Positions 28,358 to 38,384 of a stretch of 64,000 nt of DNA are shown here, piece by piece. A program made the translations under genes and the position numbers. Each line of letters opens with the position of its first letter. Within the stretch, counting starts at the first letter, position 1. The notes below the pieces were generated by a model. That model made no database searches. It was given only the letters and a program-made list of their open reading frames with translations, and was not told where the DNA came from. Source of the stretch: a virus; the IMG/VR virus record IMGVR_UViG_3300037468_000183, positions 32,001-96,000 of that record; one strand, given 5' to 3'.

Positions 28358-28615
28358 ATGACAGCAACCGGCGACAAGACGGCCGTATACGAGATCCCGG
28401 AGGCGCGCGAGATCGAGCCGATCCCATCGCAGCAACAGGCTCCGCATCTCTACGATTGGGCGACTCTCGCGCTGGCGATTGCCGGTATCATCGCGATCCT
28501 GGGTATGTTCGTGCTCTCGTTGCTTGGCAAGCCTGTGCCCGAGGGCATCGGCACGCTCGGCGGTGTGGCGCTTGGCGCGCTCGCGGGCATGGTGGCAGTC
28601 AGTCGCAAGCCGTAG
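28358..28615 (+). CDS. 2-TM holin-like protein
   Basis: GGAGG RBS; TM-GKPVPEG-TM. Confidence 0.6.
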   Translation: MTATGDKTAVYEIPEAREIEPIPSQQQAPHLYDWATLALAIAGIIAILGMFVLSLLGKPVPEGIGTLGGVALGALAGMVAVSRKP

Positions 28616-28920
28616 GGTTTTGAGGCAGTCGGATGGTGAGGGCGGGAGTAAGCGTGCCTACCCGTATTCACGGACAGGCACAGCAGAAACGAGTCGGACG
28701 GAGCCGGGTTGGTCGTTTCGCATCCGTAGGTCAGACGTGTCCAGGCGCAGCTTTACCACTTCCTACGGGCCTACTCTCTTGCGAGACTGCGGCGGTTTGC
28801 GGATGATCTGGATGGGCGAAGGTCACGCCGTTACCCGAAGGCCCAGGATAGGCAATCCCTGGTGTTGTGCTGCATATGGCGCTTGAATCGCCTACAGCAT
28901 AGCATGACTAGAACGGCAGA

Positions 28921-29062
28921 GGATGACATTGAGCCGACACGTTACCGACAGTGAGCCGACATCTAGCCGACATTCCGATAGTAATGATAACCCGTCAAGA
29001 GGGATTGACAACGAACGATACAGCTTGCTGACATTCAGCCGACATTCAGCCGACATTCAGCC
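28921..29062. repeat. 11-bp-phased (AGCC)GACA repeat arrays
   Basis: GACA at 28925, 28936, 28947, 28958 and 28969; GACATTCAGCC x3 at 29030-29062. Confidence 0.85.
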
Positions 29063-29133
29063 AGCGGCAAAATCATAATGCGCAAAACTGGCCTATTGCG
29101 TTTTCGCGCATCCGGGTGTATGCTTGTGACGCC

Positions 29134-30489
29134 ATGAATCTAAGCGAGTTTCGTCCCGCACGAGTCAACGCAAATCGCCACACGGCGCGCGGCATCGGCG
29201 CGCTCGAAAAGAGCATCCAGTCAGACGGCTGGATCGGCGCGATGACCACCGCCGCCGATGGCGAGATGATCGCCGGCAGCGCCCGCATCGAGACGGCGGC
29301 GGGCGTGTTCGGCGTGGACGCGGAGCCGGTTGTCATCCACAGCGACGGCAAGCGGCCTATTGTTGTCATTCGCGATGACATCCCGAACGCGTCAACGAAG
29401 GTCGCGCAACGGCTGGCGCTGGCGGACAATCGCATTCACCAGCTTGACCTGGACTTCGACGTGCAGGTGCTCACCAGCTTCGATGCCGACGTGCTGGAAG
29501 GCTTGTGGACGGGCGACGAAATCAGCGACATGGGCCAGCAGTGGGCGGATGAGCAGAGCCGCAACGCCGAAGACCCCGGCGCGCAAGTGGACAAGGCGGA
29601 GGAACTGCAAGCCAAGTGGCACGTGCAACCCGGCGACCTGTGGGCGATGGGTGACCACCGTCTGCTGTGCGGAGATTGTCGGGAGCCTGCATCCTGGGTG
29701 CGCTTGCTTGCGGGCGTCAAGGCCAATGGCGTTTTCACATCCCCGCCTTATGCCGAGCAGCGCAAGGAGCAATACGGCGGGACACCAGCCGCCGAATACG
29801 TGGCATGGTGGGAAGCGGTGCAGGCCAACGTCAAGGCGCATCTCGCGCCCGATGGTTCGTTCTTCGTGAACATCAAGCCGCACTGCGCAGACGGCGAGCG
29901 TGTGCTGTACGTGTTTGATCTGGTGCTGGCGATGAAGCGGGAGTGGGGCTGGCGTTTCGTGGATGAGTTGTGTTGGACAAACCGGGGATTCCCTGGCGAG
30001 CCGCAAGACAGATTCCAGAACGCTTTTGAGCCGGTATATCACTTTTCGGATGGAAAAATCAAGTTTCGCCCAAAGGCCGTTTGGCATTCAAGCGATTCGG
30101 TTCCCGTACACAAGGCGGGGCAGAACTTCAGGCAATCCAATCGAGGAAACGGCTTTGAGAGTCCAGACGTAGAAAGCGGGATGGCCTACCCTCGCAATGT
30201 CCTGGATATCCCAAATGGCAATGGCGGAGATTCGCGACACGCTGCCGCCTTTCCAGTCGCGTTGCCTGACTTCTTCGTGCGCGCCTACTCGGACGCCGGC
30301 GACGTGTGGCTTGATCCGTTCTGCGGCAGTGGCACGACGATTGTCGCCGCGCACAACAACAAGCGGCGGGGATTCGGAATCGAGATGCTGCCGAAGTATT
30401 GCGCCGTGATCCTGGAACGCATCAGCGGCCTGGGGATTACGCCTGCACTGTTGAGCAATGGGGGAACTGTGGCCGATGGCGGGCGCTGA
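29134..30489 (+). CDS. ParB/Srx-like N-terminal domain fused to a DNA amino-methyltransferase
   Basis: SI..DGW...IAGSAR...ALADNR; GDLW.MGDHRLLCGD; TSPPY; LDPFCGSGTT; TTGCGT-17-TATGCT just upstream. Confidence 0.85.
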   Translation: MNLSEFRPARVNANRHTARGIGALEKSIQSDGWIGAMTTAADGEMIAGSARIETAAGVFGVDAEPVVIHSDGKRPIVVIRDDIPNASTKVAQRLALADNRIHQLDLDFDVQVLTSFDADVLEGLWTGDEISDMGQQWADEQSRNAEDPGAQVDKAEELQAKWHVQPGDLWAMGDHRLLCGDCREPASWVRLLAGVKANGVFTSPPYAEQRKEQYGGTPAAEYVAWWEAVQANVKAHLAPDGSFFVNIKPHCADGERVLYVFDLVLAMKREWGWRFVDELCWTNRGFPGEPQDRFQNAFEPVYHFSDGKIKFRPKAVWHSSDSVPVHKAGQNFRQSNRGNGFESPDVESGMAYPRNVLDIPNGNGGDSRHAAAFPVALPDFFVRAYSDAGDVWLDPFCGSGTTIVAAHNNKRRGFGIEMLPKYCAVILERISGLGITPALLSNGGTVADGGR

Positions 30490-30820
30490 AAACCTGAAGC
30501 CGTTTGTCAAAGGCGATCCGCGCATTAACCGCAAGGGCCGACCTCGCACCTTCGACGCGCTGCGCGAGCTTGCGCAACAGATCGCGCATGAGACCGTCAA
30601 GGACAAGAGCGGCGATCCCGTCGTCGTCGAGGGCCACGCCGCGACGGTGACCGAGATCATCCTGCGCAAGTGGGCGGCCAGCAATGATCCCCGCTTGCAG
30701 ATGGCGTTCGTGGAAGTCGCCTACGGCAAAGAGGCGCTCAAGGCCGAAATCAGCGGGGCCAATGGTGGCACGCTCGATATCCATGTGATCTACGATGCCA
30801 AGCCAGAACAGACGGGTTGA
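30476..30820 (+). CDS. terminase small subunit (DUF5681-like N-terminus)
   Basis: NLKPFVKGDPRINRKGRP...EISGANGG, directly before terL. Confidence 0.75.
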   Translation: MAGAENLKPFVKGDPRINRKGRPRTFDALRELAQQIAHETVKDKSGDPVVVEGHAATVTEIILRKWAASNDPRLQMAFVEVAYGKEALKAEISGANGGTLDIHVIYDAKPEQTG

Positions 30821-32039
30821 CGTGCATCTGCCGACGCCGCACCAGCGCCAGGCGGAGTTCATCGCGTCCGGCGTGCCGAGAAAATGTGTCCGGGCAGGCA
30901 GACGCGGCGGGAAAACGGTCGGCGTGTCTGTGCTGGCCGTCGAGCAATTCCTGGCCGGCAAGCGCATCCTATACGGCGCGCCGACGACTGAGCAGGTGGA
31001 TCGCTTCTGGACGACCGTCACGCGCGCGCTGGCCGAGCCGATCGCGCGCAAGGTCTTCTACAAAAACGAGACCGAGCACGTCATCGAGCGCCTGGGCACG
31101 GAGCAGCGCATCCGGGCCAAAACGTGCTGGAACAGCAATACCCTGCGTGGCGATTACGCCGACGTTTTGATCCTGGACGAATGGCAACTCATGGACGAAG
31201 CCGCCTGGGATGAGGTCGGCGCGCCGATGCTGCTCGATAACAACGGTGACGCGATCTTCATTTACACGCCGCCCAGCCTGCATTCTCGTAGCGTCTCGAA
31301 GGCGCGTGATCCGCAACATGCGGCGAAGATGTTCAAGCGGGCGCAAGGGGACACGTCCGGCAGATGGCAGACGTTCCACTTCACGAGTCGCGAGAATCCG
31401 CACATCTCGACGGCGGCGCTGGACGAAATCGCGCACGACATGACGGCCGTAGCCTATCGCATGGAGATCATGGCCGAAGATGTGGACGAAGCGCCTGGCG
31501 CACTCTGGAAGCGCGAGCACCTCGACAGCGGGCGAGTGCTCCAAGCGCCCGAACTCAAGCGCGTCTTCGTGGGTGTCGATCCTTCCGGCAGCGTCGGCGG
31601 CGATGCGACTGGCATTGTGACGGTGGGTGGCGTCGGCAATCAGCTTTTTGTGCTGGCCGATGACACGCTCAACGGCACGCCGCTAGAATGGGCGAAAGCT
31701 GCCGTGACTGCCTACTATCGCCACGGCGCTAACGGCATCGTGGCAGAGGCCAACTTTGGCGGTGACATGGTGCTCCAGACGATTCGCACGGTAGACGCCA
31801 ATGTACCGGTCAAGCTGGTCACGGCTTCCCGCTCGAAGCAAGTGCGCGCCGAGCCGGTAGCAGCGGTCTTCGAGCAACAGCGCGGCCATCTCGTCGGCAC
31901 GTTTCCGGCGCTGGAAGACGAGCTTGTGCTGTGGACGCCCGGCGATGCGTCACCGAATCGACTCGACGCTATGGTCTGGGCGGCGACCGATTTGCTGAGC
32001 AGACGACATTATGACAAACCTGGCGCAGTGGGGTACTGA
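30795..32039 (+). CDS. terL: terminase large subunit
   Basis: AGRRGGKT, LRG, ILDE, VGVDP, EANFGG, K..RAEP, LDA.VWA. Confidence 0.95.
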   Translation: MPSQNRRVDVHLPTPHQRQAEFIASGVPRKCVRAGRRGGKTVGVSVLAVEQFLAGKRILYGAPTTEQVDRFWTTVTRALAEPIARKVFYKNETEHVIERLGTEQRIRAKTCWNSNTLRGDYADVLILDEWQLMDEAAWDEVGAPMLLDNNGDAIFIYTPPSLHSRSVSKARDPQHAAKMFKRAQGDTSGRWQTFHFTSRENPHISTAALDEIAHDMTAVAYRMEIMAEDVDEAPGALWKREHLDSGRVLQAPELKRVFVGVDPSGSVGGDATGIVTVGGVGNQLFVLADDTLNGTPLEWAKAAVTAYYRHGANGIVAEANFGGDMVLQTIRTVDANVPVKLVTASRSKQVRAEPVAAVFEQQRGHLVGTFPALEDELVLWTPGDASPNRLDAMVWAATDLLSRRHYDKPGAVGY

Positions 32040-33544
32040 TGGCTGATGACGTGCGGCTGAGTTTCCTGTCATGGTTGGCGCAGCAGGACACCGAGCGCGA
32101 GCAGGGTTATCGCTTGTATCGCGAGTATTATGATGGCGACCACGATACGCAACTCACCGACCGGATGCGCAAGTACTTGCAAGTCAAATCGCACGTCGAG
32201 TTTCGCGCGAATTATTGTCCCATCGTCGTGGACGCGCTGGCGGAGCGTCTGAACATCACTGGCATAACGGCCGAGGATCAATCGGCGGTGCTGTGGGGCT
32301 GGTGGACAGCGGGCCGCCTCGATGGCTTGCAGGTGGTCTTGCACACGGCGGCGCCACGCGACGGGGACGCTTATGTGCTCGTGGAATGGGACGCCGAAAC
32401 CCTGACACCCAAGTTCTTCTTCGAGCCGGCTTTCGACGGCGGCGATGGCGTGCAGGTGGTTTATGACGACGCGACCAACACGCCAAGCATGGCCATCAAG
32501 CGTTGGCGCGCCAAGTCGGGGCCGGGGGCGGGCTATCTGCGGCGCATCAACGTCTACTACCCGGATCGCGTCGAAAAGTATGTGTCAAGCGACAAAGACC
32601 AGAGCGGCCAGTGGCAGAAATTCAAGGAGGACAACGAAGCTTGGCCGATGCCGTGGCTGCGCGCGGACGGGCGGCCGATGGGCATTCCGATTGTCCACTA
32701 CAAGAACCGCGATCAAGGCACGAACTATGGGCAGTCCGAACTCAAGGACGTGCTGCCGCTCCAGAACGCGCTGAACAAAGCTGTCATCGACCTGCTGGCC
32801 GCGGCGGATACCACCGCCTTCCGCATTTATTGGATGCTTGGCGACGATCCGTCTGCCGTGTCCGTGTCACCCGGCTCATGGGTCTACAGCACCAAGCCGC
32901 CATCGGGCGACGACGCGGCCAGCCTAGGCTATTTCCCCGGCGAAGACCTTGCCAATCTGATCGGCCTCAAAGACTCGCTCGCGATTGAGATTGCGCGAGT
33001 ATCCAGGACGCCGGTAAGCTACTTCCAGGTAAGCGGCCAACGGCCAGCCGAGGGCACGCTCAAACAGGAGGAGAGCGGTCTCGTCGGACGGGCACGTGCG
33101 CGCATGGTGTCATTCGGCAATGCCTGGGAGGACGCCTTCGGCATTGCGCGCAAGATGTGGAATGAATGGGGCGACGGCGATCCGCTCGATGAAGCCGTGC
33201 CGATCACGATTGTTTGGAAGGATCCGGAAACGCGCAACGACAAGGCGCTGTTGGAAACGCTCAAAATCAAGGCTGATCTGGGCGTGCCGAAACAGCAGCT
33301 TTGGACAGAGATGGGCTACAGCGCCGACGAAATCGAGCATATGCAGGAGATGGTAGACGAGGAACAGTCCAGCCAGGCTGACCTGGGCGAGACGTTGCTG
33401 AACGCCTTCGAGAAAGCGCCACGCATGGCGGCGACGGGCCAGATGCCGCCACAGATGCCGGCGCAGGCGACCGAGATTGCGCAGGCCGAGCCGGAAGATG
33501 AGATGGACGGTGATGGCGGCGGGGTGCCGAGTGATGCCCGATAA
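32039..33544 (+). CDS. portal protein (SPP1 gp6-like)
   Basis: YYDGDH, NYC.IVVD..AERL, GDAY, G.SEL...LQ; position after terL. Confidence 0.9.
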   Translation: MADDVRLSFLSWLAQQDTEREQGYRLYREYYDGDHDTQLTDRMRKYLQVKSHVEFRANYCPIVVDALAERLNITGITAEDQSAVLWGWWTAGRLDGLQVVLHTAAPRDGDAYVLVEWDAETLTPKFFFEPAFDGGDGVQVVYDDATNTPSMAIKRWRAKSGPGAGYLRRINVYYPDRVEKYVSSDKDQSGQWQKFKEDNEAWPMPWLRADGRPMGIPIVHYKNRDQGTNYGQSELKDVLPLQNALNKAVIDLLAAADTTAFRIYWMLGDDPSAVSVSPGSWVYSTKPPSGDDAASLGYFPGEDLANLIGLKDSLAIEIARVSRTPVSYFQVSGQRPAEGTLKQEESGLVGRARARMVSFGNAWEDAFGIARKMWNEWGDGDPLDEAVPITIVWKDPETRNDKALLETLKIKADLGVPKQQLWTEMGYSADEIEHMQEMVDEEQSSQADLGETLLNAFEKAPRMAATGQMPPQMPAQATEIAQAEPEDEMDGDGGGVPSDAR

Positions 33545-35222
33545 CGTCACGCTTCTCCAGGGCGACTGCCGCGACGTGCTGCGCGAGATGGCGCGTCAGA
33601 ACGGCACAGGGCCGCGCTTCACGGCGCTTGTGACCGATCCGCCTGCGGGGATTTCGTTCATGGGAAAAGAGTGGGACAACCCCAATGGCGTTTCCCGCAC
33701 TGGTTCAGGCATCGGGCAGGAAGGCAAGGATGCCGATTATGACCGCTACGGCAAGGGTGCGATGCCCTACGGCTACAGCGGATCGAATGCCGGACGCAAT
33801 ATCACAGACCGAGAAGCCTTCATCGCAACCATGACCGAGATCGCCGCCCTCGCGCTCGACCTGTGTCTGCCCGGCGCTCATGCGCTCGTGTGGGCGCTGC
33901 CACGCACGTCGCACTGGACGGCGACGGCCTGGGAGAATGGCGGGTGGGAAGTCAGGGACAGGATTCGGTACGCATCCTCGAAGGACGCCAAAGTTGCCGC
34001 ATTTCTGGCATCGTTGACGGATGAGCAGCGCAAGGCGTTGGAGGTCATCTCTGACGATTCGGGAGTATCACATTGCTTCGGTTCTGGCTTCCCCAAGTCG
34101 CTCGACGTGAGCAAGGCACTCGACAAGGCCGCGGGCATGGAGCGGGAAGTGGTAGCGGGCCGAGGATGGCATCATTCAACGGGGCGCGGGAATGGGATGG
34201 CGGGAAATGCCGATGAATCATGGCCTAAGCCATACGAGGCGGGAGATGCGGCACGAGGCGAACCTATCACCGCCCCTGCGACCGCCCTGGCGCGCGAGTG
34301 GGCGGGCTACGGCTCGGCACTCAAGCCTGCCATCGAAGACTGGTGGCTGCTGCGCAAGCCGCTCGACGGGACGATCGCTGGCAATGCGGCAAAGCACGGC
34401 TGCGGGGCGTTGAATGTGGACGGATGCAGGGTGGAACTAGACGATGCTGCGAAGTCCATGCTTGGAAAGGCGAAACAGCGCACGAATAAGCCGAGCGGCA
34501 AAGGATTGCATCACGATCCTGATTCAACGGTTGAGCGCGAACGATTACAAGCCGAAATTGACACATTCAAAGCAAGCGGTCGCTTCCCCGCGCATCTCAT
34601 CACAGACGGCAGCGAGGAGGTGACGGCGTGCTTTCCGTCACCGCATGGAGCTGGCTTCAAGAGGAATCCATATGCGGACGGCAAGGGAGAAACCGGCATT
34701 TATGGCGCTTATGGCGGCGAAGGTGTTGGCGGTGCGAGAATAGGCGACACCGGCTCTGCGGCCCGCTTCTTCGCCGTCTGCCCGCCGGATGCCGATGCGC
34801 CACGGCTCGCGTACATCCCGAAGGCGAGCCGGCGCGAGCGCGAGGCGGGGTGCGATGGGTTGGAGTTTCATGGACGAAATGAGGTATACGGCGACGGATT
34901 CAACACGGCAACAAAGTGTGATCCGTCAATGCACACCACAGAAAGCGTAGAGGCGCGTCCGCAAGTGCGTAACGGACATCCCACGGTCAAGCCGCTTGCA
35001 CTTTGCAGATATCTGCTCACCCTGCTGCGCCAGCCGACCGTCAACCTCGTGCTTGATCCATTCATGGGTTCCGGTTCGACGGGCGTGGCGTGCGTGCAGC
35101 TTGGCATCCCGTTTGTGGGGATCGAACGCGATCCTGAGTATTTCGAGATCGCACGAAGGCGCATCGCACACGCGCAGGAGCAGATGGCGGCGCAACCGCT
35201 CGCGCAACTGGAACTGCTGTAA
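33534..35222 (+). CDS. DNA methyltransferase (DPPA variant)
   Basis: VTDPPAGISFMGKEWD, GSGFPKS, HPTVKP, LDPFMGSGST. Confidence 0.9.
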   Translation: MPDNVTLLQGDCRDVLREMARQNGTGPRFTALVTDPPAGISFMGKEWDNPNGVSRTGSGIGQEGKDADYDRYGKGAMPYGYSGSNAGRNITDREAFIATMTEIAALALDLCLPGAHALVWALPRTSHWTATAWENGGWEVRDRIRYASSKDAKVAAFLASLTDEQRKALEVISDDSGVSHCFGSGFPKSLDVSKALDKAAGMEREVVAGRGWHHSTGRGNGMAGNADESWPKPYEAGDAARGEPITAPATALAREWAGYGSALKPAIEDWWLLRKPLDGTIAGNAAKHGCGALNVDGCRVELDDAAKSMLGKAKQRTNKPSGKGLHHDPDSTVERERLQAEIDTFKASGRFPAHLITDGSEEVTACFPSPHGAGFKRNPYADGKGETGIYGAYGGEGVGGARIGDTGSAARFFAVCPPDADAPRLAYIPKASRREREAGCDGLEFHGRNEVYGDGFNTATKCDPSMHTTESVEARPQVRNGHPTVKPLALCRYLLTLLRQPTVNLVLDPFMGSGSTGVACVQLGIPFVGIERDPEYFEIARRRIAHAQEQMAAQPLAQLELL

Positions 35223-36265
35223 TGCCAACGCCTGATATCCTGGCCGTCTCAGCGCAATTCGAGGCGCAACTGGACGCCGGTTTCACGTCAGCGGCCACGA
35301 CCATGACGGCGCAGTACGACCAGGTGCTACGCGGCATGGACGCGACGGTACAGGCGCTACACAAAGAATACGCCGCTCGTACCGCAGCAGGCGAAACCAT
35401 CAAGCCGTACATGATTGCGCAGGATGCGCGTTACCGGGAGCTAATGGCCCAAGTGCAGACGCAACTCGCGAGGCTGAGCAACAGCGGCGCGCCAGCCATC
35501 GAAGATTTGCAACGCGCCGGCATCGTGACCGGCATGGACACGGCGGAAGCGCAAGTCAATGCGCTGGTGCCGCCGGGAGTATCGATCCCGTTCAACCGTC
35601 TGCCTGTGGGCGCGCTGGAGAGCATGGTGGGCTTTCTGCAAGATGGCAGCCCGCTGAAGGCGCTCTTGGATGACATCGCCAAAGATGCGACGCGCGCCAT
35701 TGGCGATTTGCTGGTGCGAGCAATTGCCGAGGGCTGGAATCCCAAGAAGACGGCGGCGGCTATCAAGCAGGCGGTCGGAGTGCCACTGACGCGGGCGTTG
35801 CGCATTGCACGCACGGAGCAACTGCGGGCGTGGCGCAAATCCAGTATCCAGGGCTATCGCGATCAAGGCGCGCTGATCATCGGCTACCGTCGCCATGCGC
35901 AACAGGATACGCGCACGTGCTTTGCGTGTCTCATGCAAGACGGCCAAATGTATAGGCTAGAAGAAGATTTTACTGATCATGTGCAAGGAAGATGTGCAGT
36001 TTTGCCGATTTCACGCTCCTGGAAGGACTTGGGCTTTCCCGACATCCCGGACACCAACGCCCAATGGCAACCGGGCAAAGATTGGTTCTTGGAGCAGTCG
36101 GCTGCGGCACAGAAGGAGATTCTCGGCGCAGCGCGCTTCGGCGCCTGGAAGCGCGGCGAAGTGGGGCTAGAGGACATGCAGACGTTGCACAAGTCGGCCA
36201 AATGGGGCGACTCGTGGCAGGTGGCATCACTCAAACAGGCGAAAGCCAACGCAGGTGCGCCATGA
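35222..36265 (+). CDS. minor head protein (MuF/SPP1 gp7-like)
   Basis: RALRIARTE, D.RTC..C, H..GRC. Confidence 0.85.
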   Translation: MPTPDILAVSAQFEAQLDAGFTSAATTMTAQYDQVLRGMDATVQALHKEYAARTAAGETIKPYMIAQDARYRELMAQVQTQLARLSNSGAPAIEDLQRAGIVTGMDTAEAQVNALVPPGVSIPFNRLPVGALESMVGFLQDGSPLKALLDDIAKDATRAIGDLLVRAIAEGWNPKKTAAAIKQAVGVPLTRALRIARTEQLRAWRKSSIQGYRDQGALIIGYRRHAQQDTRTCFACLMQDGQMYRLEEDFTDHVQGRCAVLPISRSWKDLGFPDIPDTNAQWQPGKDWFLEQSAAAQKEILGAARFGAWKRGEVGLEDMQTLHKSAKWGDSWQVASLKQAKANAGAP

Positions 36266-36465
36266 GCTACGGGCCAGCGGCAACAGCCAAAGTGACGACC
36301 GAACTCTACGCGGAGTGCCAAGTCTGCCATACGCAATGGCAGGTGTGGGGCGATCCGCCGACGAACACGAAGGGCTGTGCGTTCTGTGACGCACCAGCGG
36401 CTGCAATTATCACACATTCGGAAGCTATCAAGGTCGGTTCGACAACTGTCAGACAGACAGGCTAA
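36262..36465 (+). CDS. small Zn-ribbon protein
   Basis: CQVC...CAFC; ATGA coupling. Confidence 0.55.
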   Translation: MSYGPAATAKVTTELYAECQVCHTQWQVWGDPPTNTKGCAFCDAPAAAIITHSEAIKVGSTTVRQTG

Positions 36466-36513
36466 CATTTCACATAACGCGACGCGGCGGTAAAACGCGG
36501 GGGAGACAAGATC

Positions 36514-37209
36514 ATGGCAGCGACAGACGAAACCAGCACAGTAAGCGCACCAGTGGCGCAAGCGGCATTGCCGGCGAGCGAGAAACCGGGCACAGTAGAC
36601 GCACCAGCCAGCGGCAAAACGGCTGAGGAAGGCCGGACATTCACGCAGCAGGAAATCGACCGCATCGTGGCCGAGCGCCTGACGCGGCAGAAAGAAAAGT
36701 ATGCCGACTACGAGGCGCTGAAGGACAAGGCCACCAAATGGGCGTCCTACGAGGAAGCGCAGAAGACCGAGACGCAGAAACAGCAGGAACTATTCGCCAA
36801 GATGCAGTTGGAGCGTGATACCGCACTCCAGGTCGCCAATGACCGGCTGATTCGGGCGGCGTTTCTCGCAGACGCCGCAAGACTCGGCGTGCTGTATCCG
36901 GGCGATGTGTACGCGCTGGCCGATCTGTCTGGGGTAACGATTGACGAACGGGGCATGGTGCAAGGCGCAACGGAAGCCGTCAAAGCCGTGGTCGAAGCGG
37001 GCCGGGTGCCATTGCAGGCACAGGCTGGCGCTGGCATTGCGCCGAAACCACAGCCGGGCAAGCTCGACGGTGGGGCTGGCACGGGCCACAAACGCACGGA
37101 TGCGACGGCGACGCTGAGCGATGAGGAGTTAGCAATCGCACAACGGCTCGGCATCAGCCCTGAAAAGTACCTGGCTCGCCGCAAGGAAGTGCAAGCGACG
37201 CGCCAATAG
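36514..37209 (+). CDS. capsid scaffolding protein
   Basis: TFTQQEIDRIVAERL.R...YADYE.LK.KA. Confidence 0.85.
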   Translation: MAATDETSTVSAPVAQAALPASEKPGTVDAPASGKTAEEGRTFTQQEIDRIVAERLTRQKEKYADYEALKDKATKWASYEEAQKTETQKQQELFAKMQLERDTALQVANDRLIRAAFLADAARLGVLYPGDVYALADLSGVTIDERGMVQGATEAVKAVVEAGRVPLQAQAGAGIAPKPQPGKLDGGAGTGHKRTDATATLSDEELAIAQRLGISPEKYLARRKEVQATRQ

Positions 37210-37217
37210 GTTGGCAG

Positions 37218-37901
37218 ATGATCATCTATGCGTTGACCGATCCCGATAGCGGAGAGATTCGCTACATAGGCAAGACGGGGCAGTCGCCCAAGTATCGCTT
37301 GACGCAACATCTCAAGCGGGCGCGGGATGGTAAGCCAGGGCATCTATGTTGTTGGTTGCGGATGTTGCTGCGCGAGGATCAGCGACCGGGTATCTGCGTT
37401 CTTGAAGAGCTTGCCGCCGATGCGGATTGGCAAGTATCCGAAAGAGCTTGGATCGAGCGCGGTCGGGTCGCGGGTTGGCCGTTGACGAACATGACGGCTG
37501 GCGGGGAAGGTCTTCTTGATCCGTCACCGGAGTTACGGCAGCAACGCGCTGAGCGGATGCGCGGCAATCACATTGCTGATGGCAATCGCAACGCAGCGGG
37601 CGCACGGTCTGAGGCTTTTCGGCATAGAATGGCCGAGTCAGCCAGAGTGACCAAGAATCACAGCGGCCACGCACTTTCGGCTGAGACGCGCAAGGTGATC
37701 AGCGAGAAGTTGATGGGACACGAGACCGTCAAGGGCGAAGACAATGGTCAAGCCAGACTAACGGTAGAGCGGGTGCGCGAGATTCGTATGCGCTACGCCG
37801 CTGGCGGGATCAGTCATCGTACTTTGGCGCAAGAGTATGGCGTGCGCCATGAAACGATTCGCAAGGTTGTGAATCGCGAGACTTGGCAACACGTTATGTG
37901 A
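37218..37901 (+). CDS. GIY-YIG homing endonuclease with NUMOD-like and HTH C-terminus
   Basis: IYAL.DP...IRYIGKT...RL..H...E..WI...LTN...GGEG; GEDNGQARLT. Confidence 0.85.
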   Translation: MIIYALTDPDSGEIRYIGKTGQSPKYRLTQHLKRARDGKPGHLCCWLRMLLREDQRPGICVLEELAADADWQVSERAWIERGRVAGWPLTNMTAGGEGLLDPSPELRQQRAERMRGNHIADGNRNAAGARSEAFRHRMAESARVTKNHSGHALSAETRKVISEKLMGHETVKGEDNGQARLTVERVREIRMRYAAGGISHRTLAQEYGVRHETIRKVVNRETWQHVM

Positions 37902-37913
37902 GGAGCAAATATC

Positions 37914-38375
37914 ATGGCGACTAGGGGCTTTGAATTCGGGTACATGCTCGACGGGAGCATGGCGACACCCGTCATTCGCGACTTCATCCTGAGCACGGCG
38001 GCGGCGCACAAGGCCGGCGACCTGATGGTGCTGGACTCGGATGGCGATCTGACGCAGGCGGCGACCAACGCCACGGAAGTAACGGCGGTGTGTCAAGAGA
38101 CCGTCGCTGCCGCGGCGATCACGGCGAGCACGACAAAAGCCAAATGCGCGATCATCACGCGCAACCAGGTTTGGCGCTGTTCGACGGATAACGATCACTG
38201 GAATGCCTCGTGGGTCATCGGCTACACCAAGACCGGCAACCTTGTGGACTGCAACACCATCGACCACAACGTGCCGACCAGTGGCGGCATGATCCTGGTG
38301 GACACCGGCACGGATGACGAGGGCAAGGCAATGGGTTATGTCATCTTTGCCGATACCACGTTCGGCAACGCATAG
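37914..38375 (+). CDS. putative capsid decoration/cement protein, paralog 1
   Basis: Position before the MCP; paralogous to the next ORF. Confidence 0.7.
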   Translation: MATRGFEFGYMLDGSMATPVIRDFILSTAAAHKAGDLMVLDSDGDLTQAATNATEVTAVCQETVAAAAITASTTKAKCAIITRNQVWRCSTDNDHWNASWVIGYTKTGNLVDCNTIDHNVPTSGGMILVDTGTDDEGKAMGYVIFADTTFGNA

Positions 38376-38384
38376 GAGGCGAAC

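Noticed and set aside
28616-28920. Integrase remnant or attP
   Set aside because: Minus-strand frames are interrupted by stops, with no catalytic motif or tRNA-like core recognised.
28921-29062. CRISPR or mini-array
   Set aside because: Units are 11 bp and abut without unique spacers.
29134-29460. Phage ParB partner for the parS sites
   Set aside because: ParB/Srx-like domain fused to an MTase, a common arrangement before terminase; no HTH and no ParA seen.
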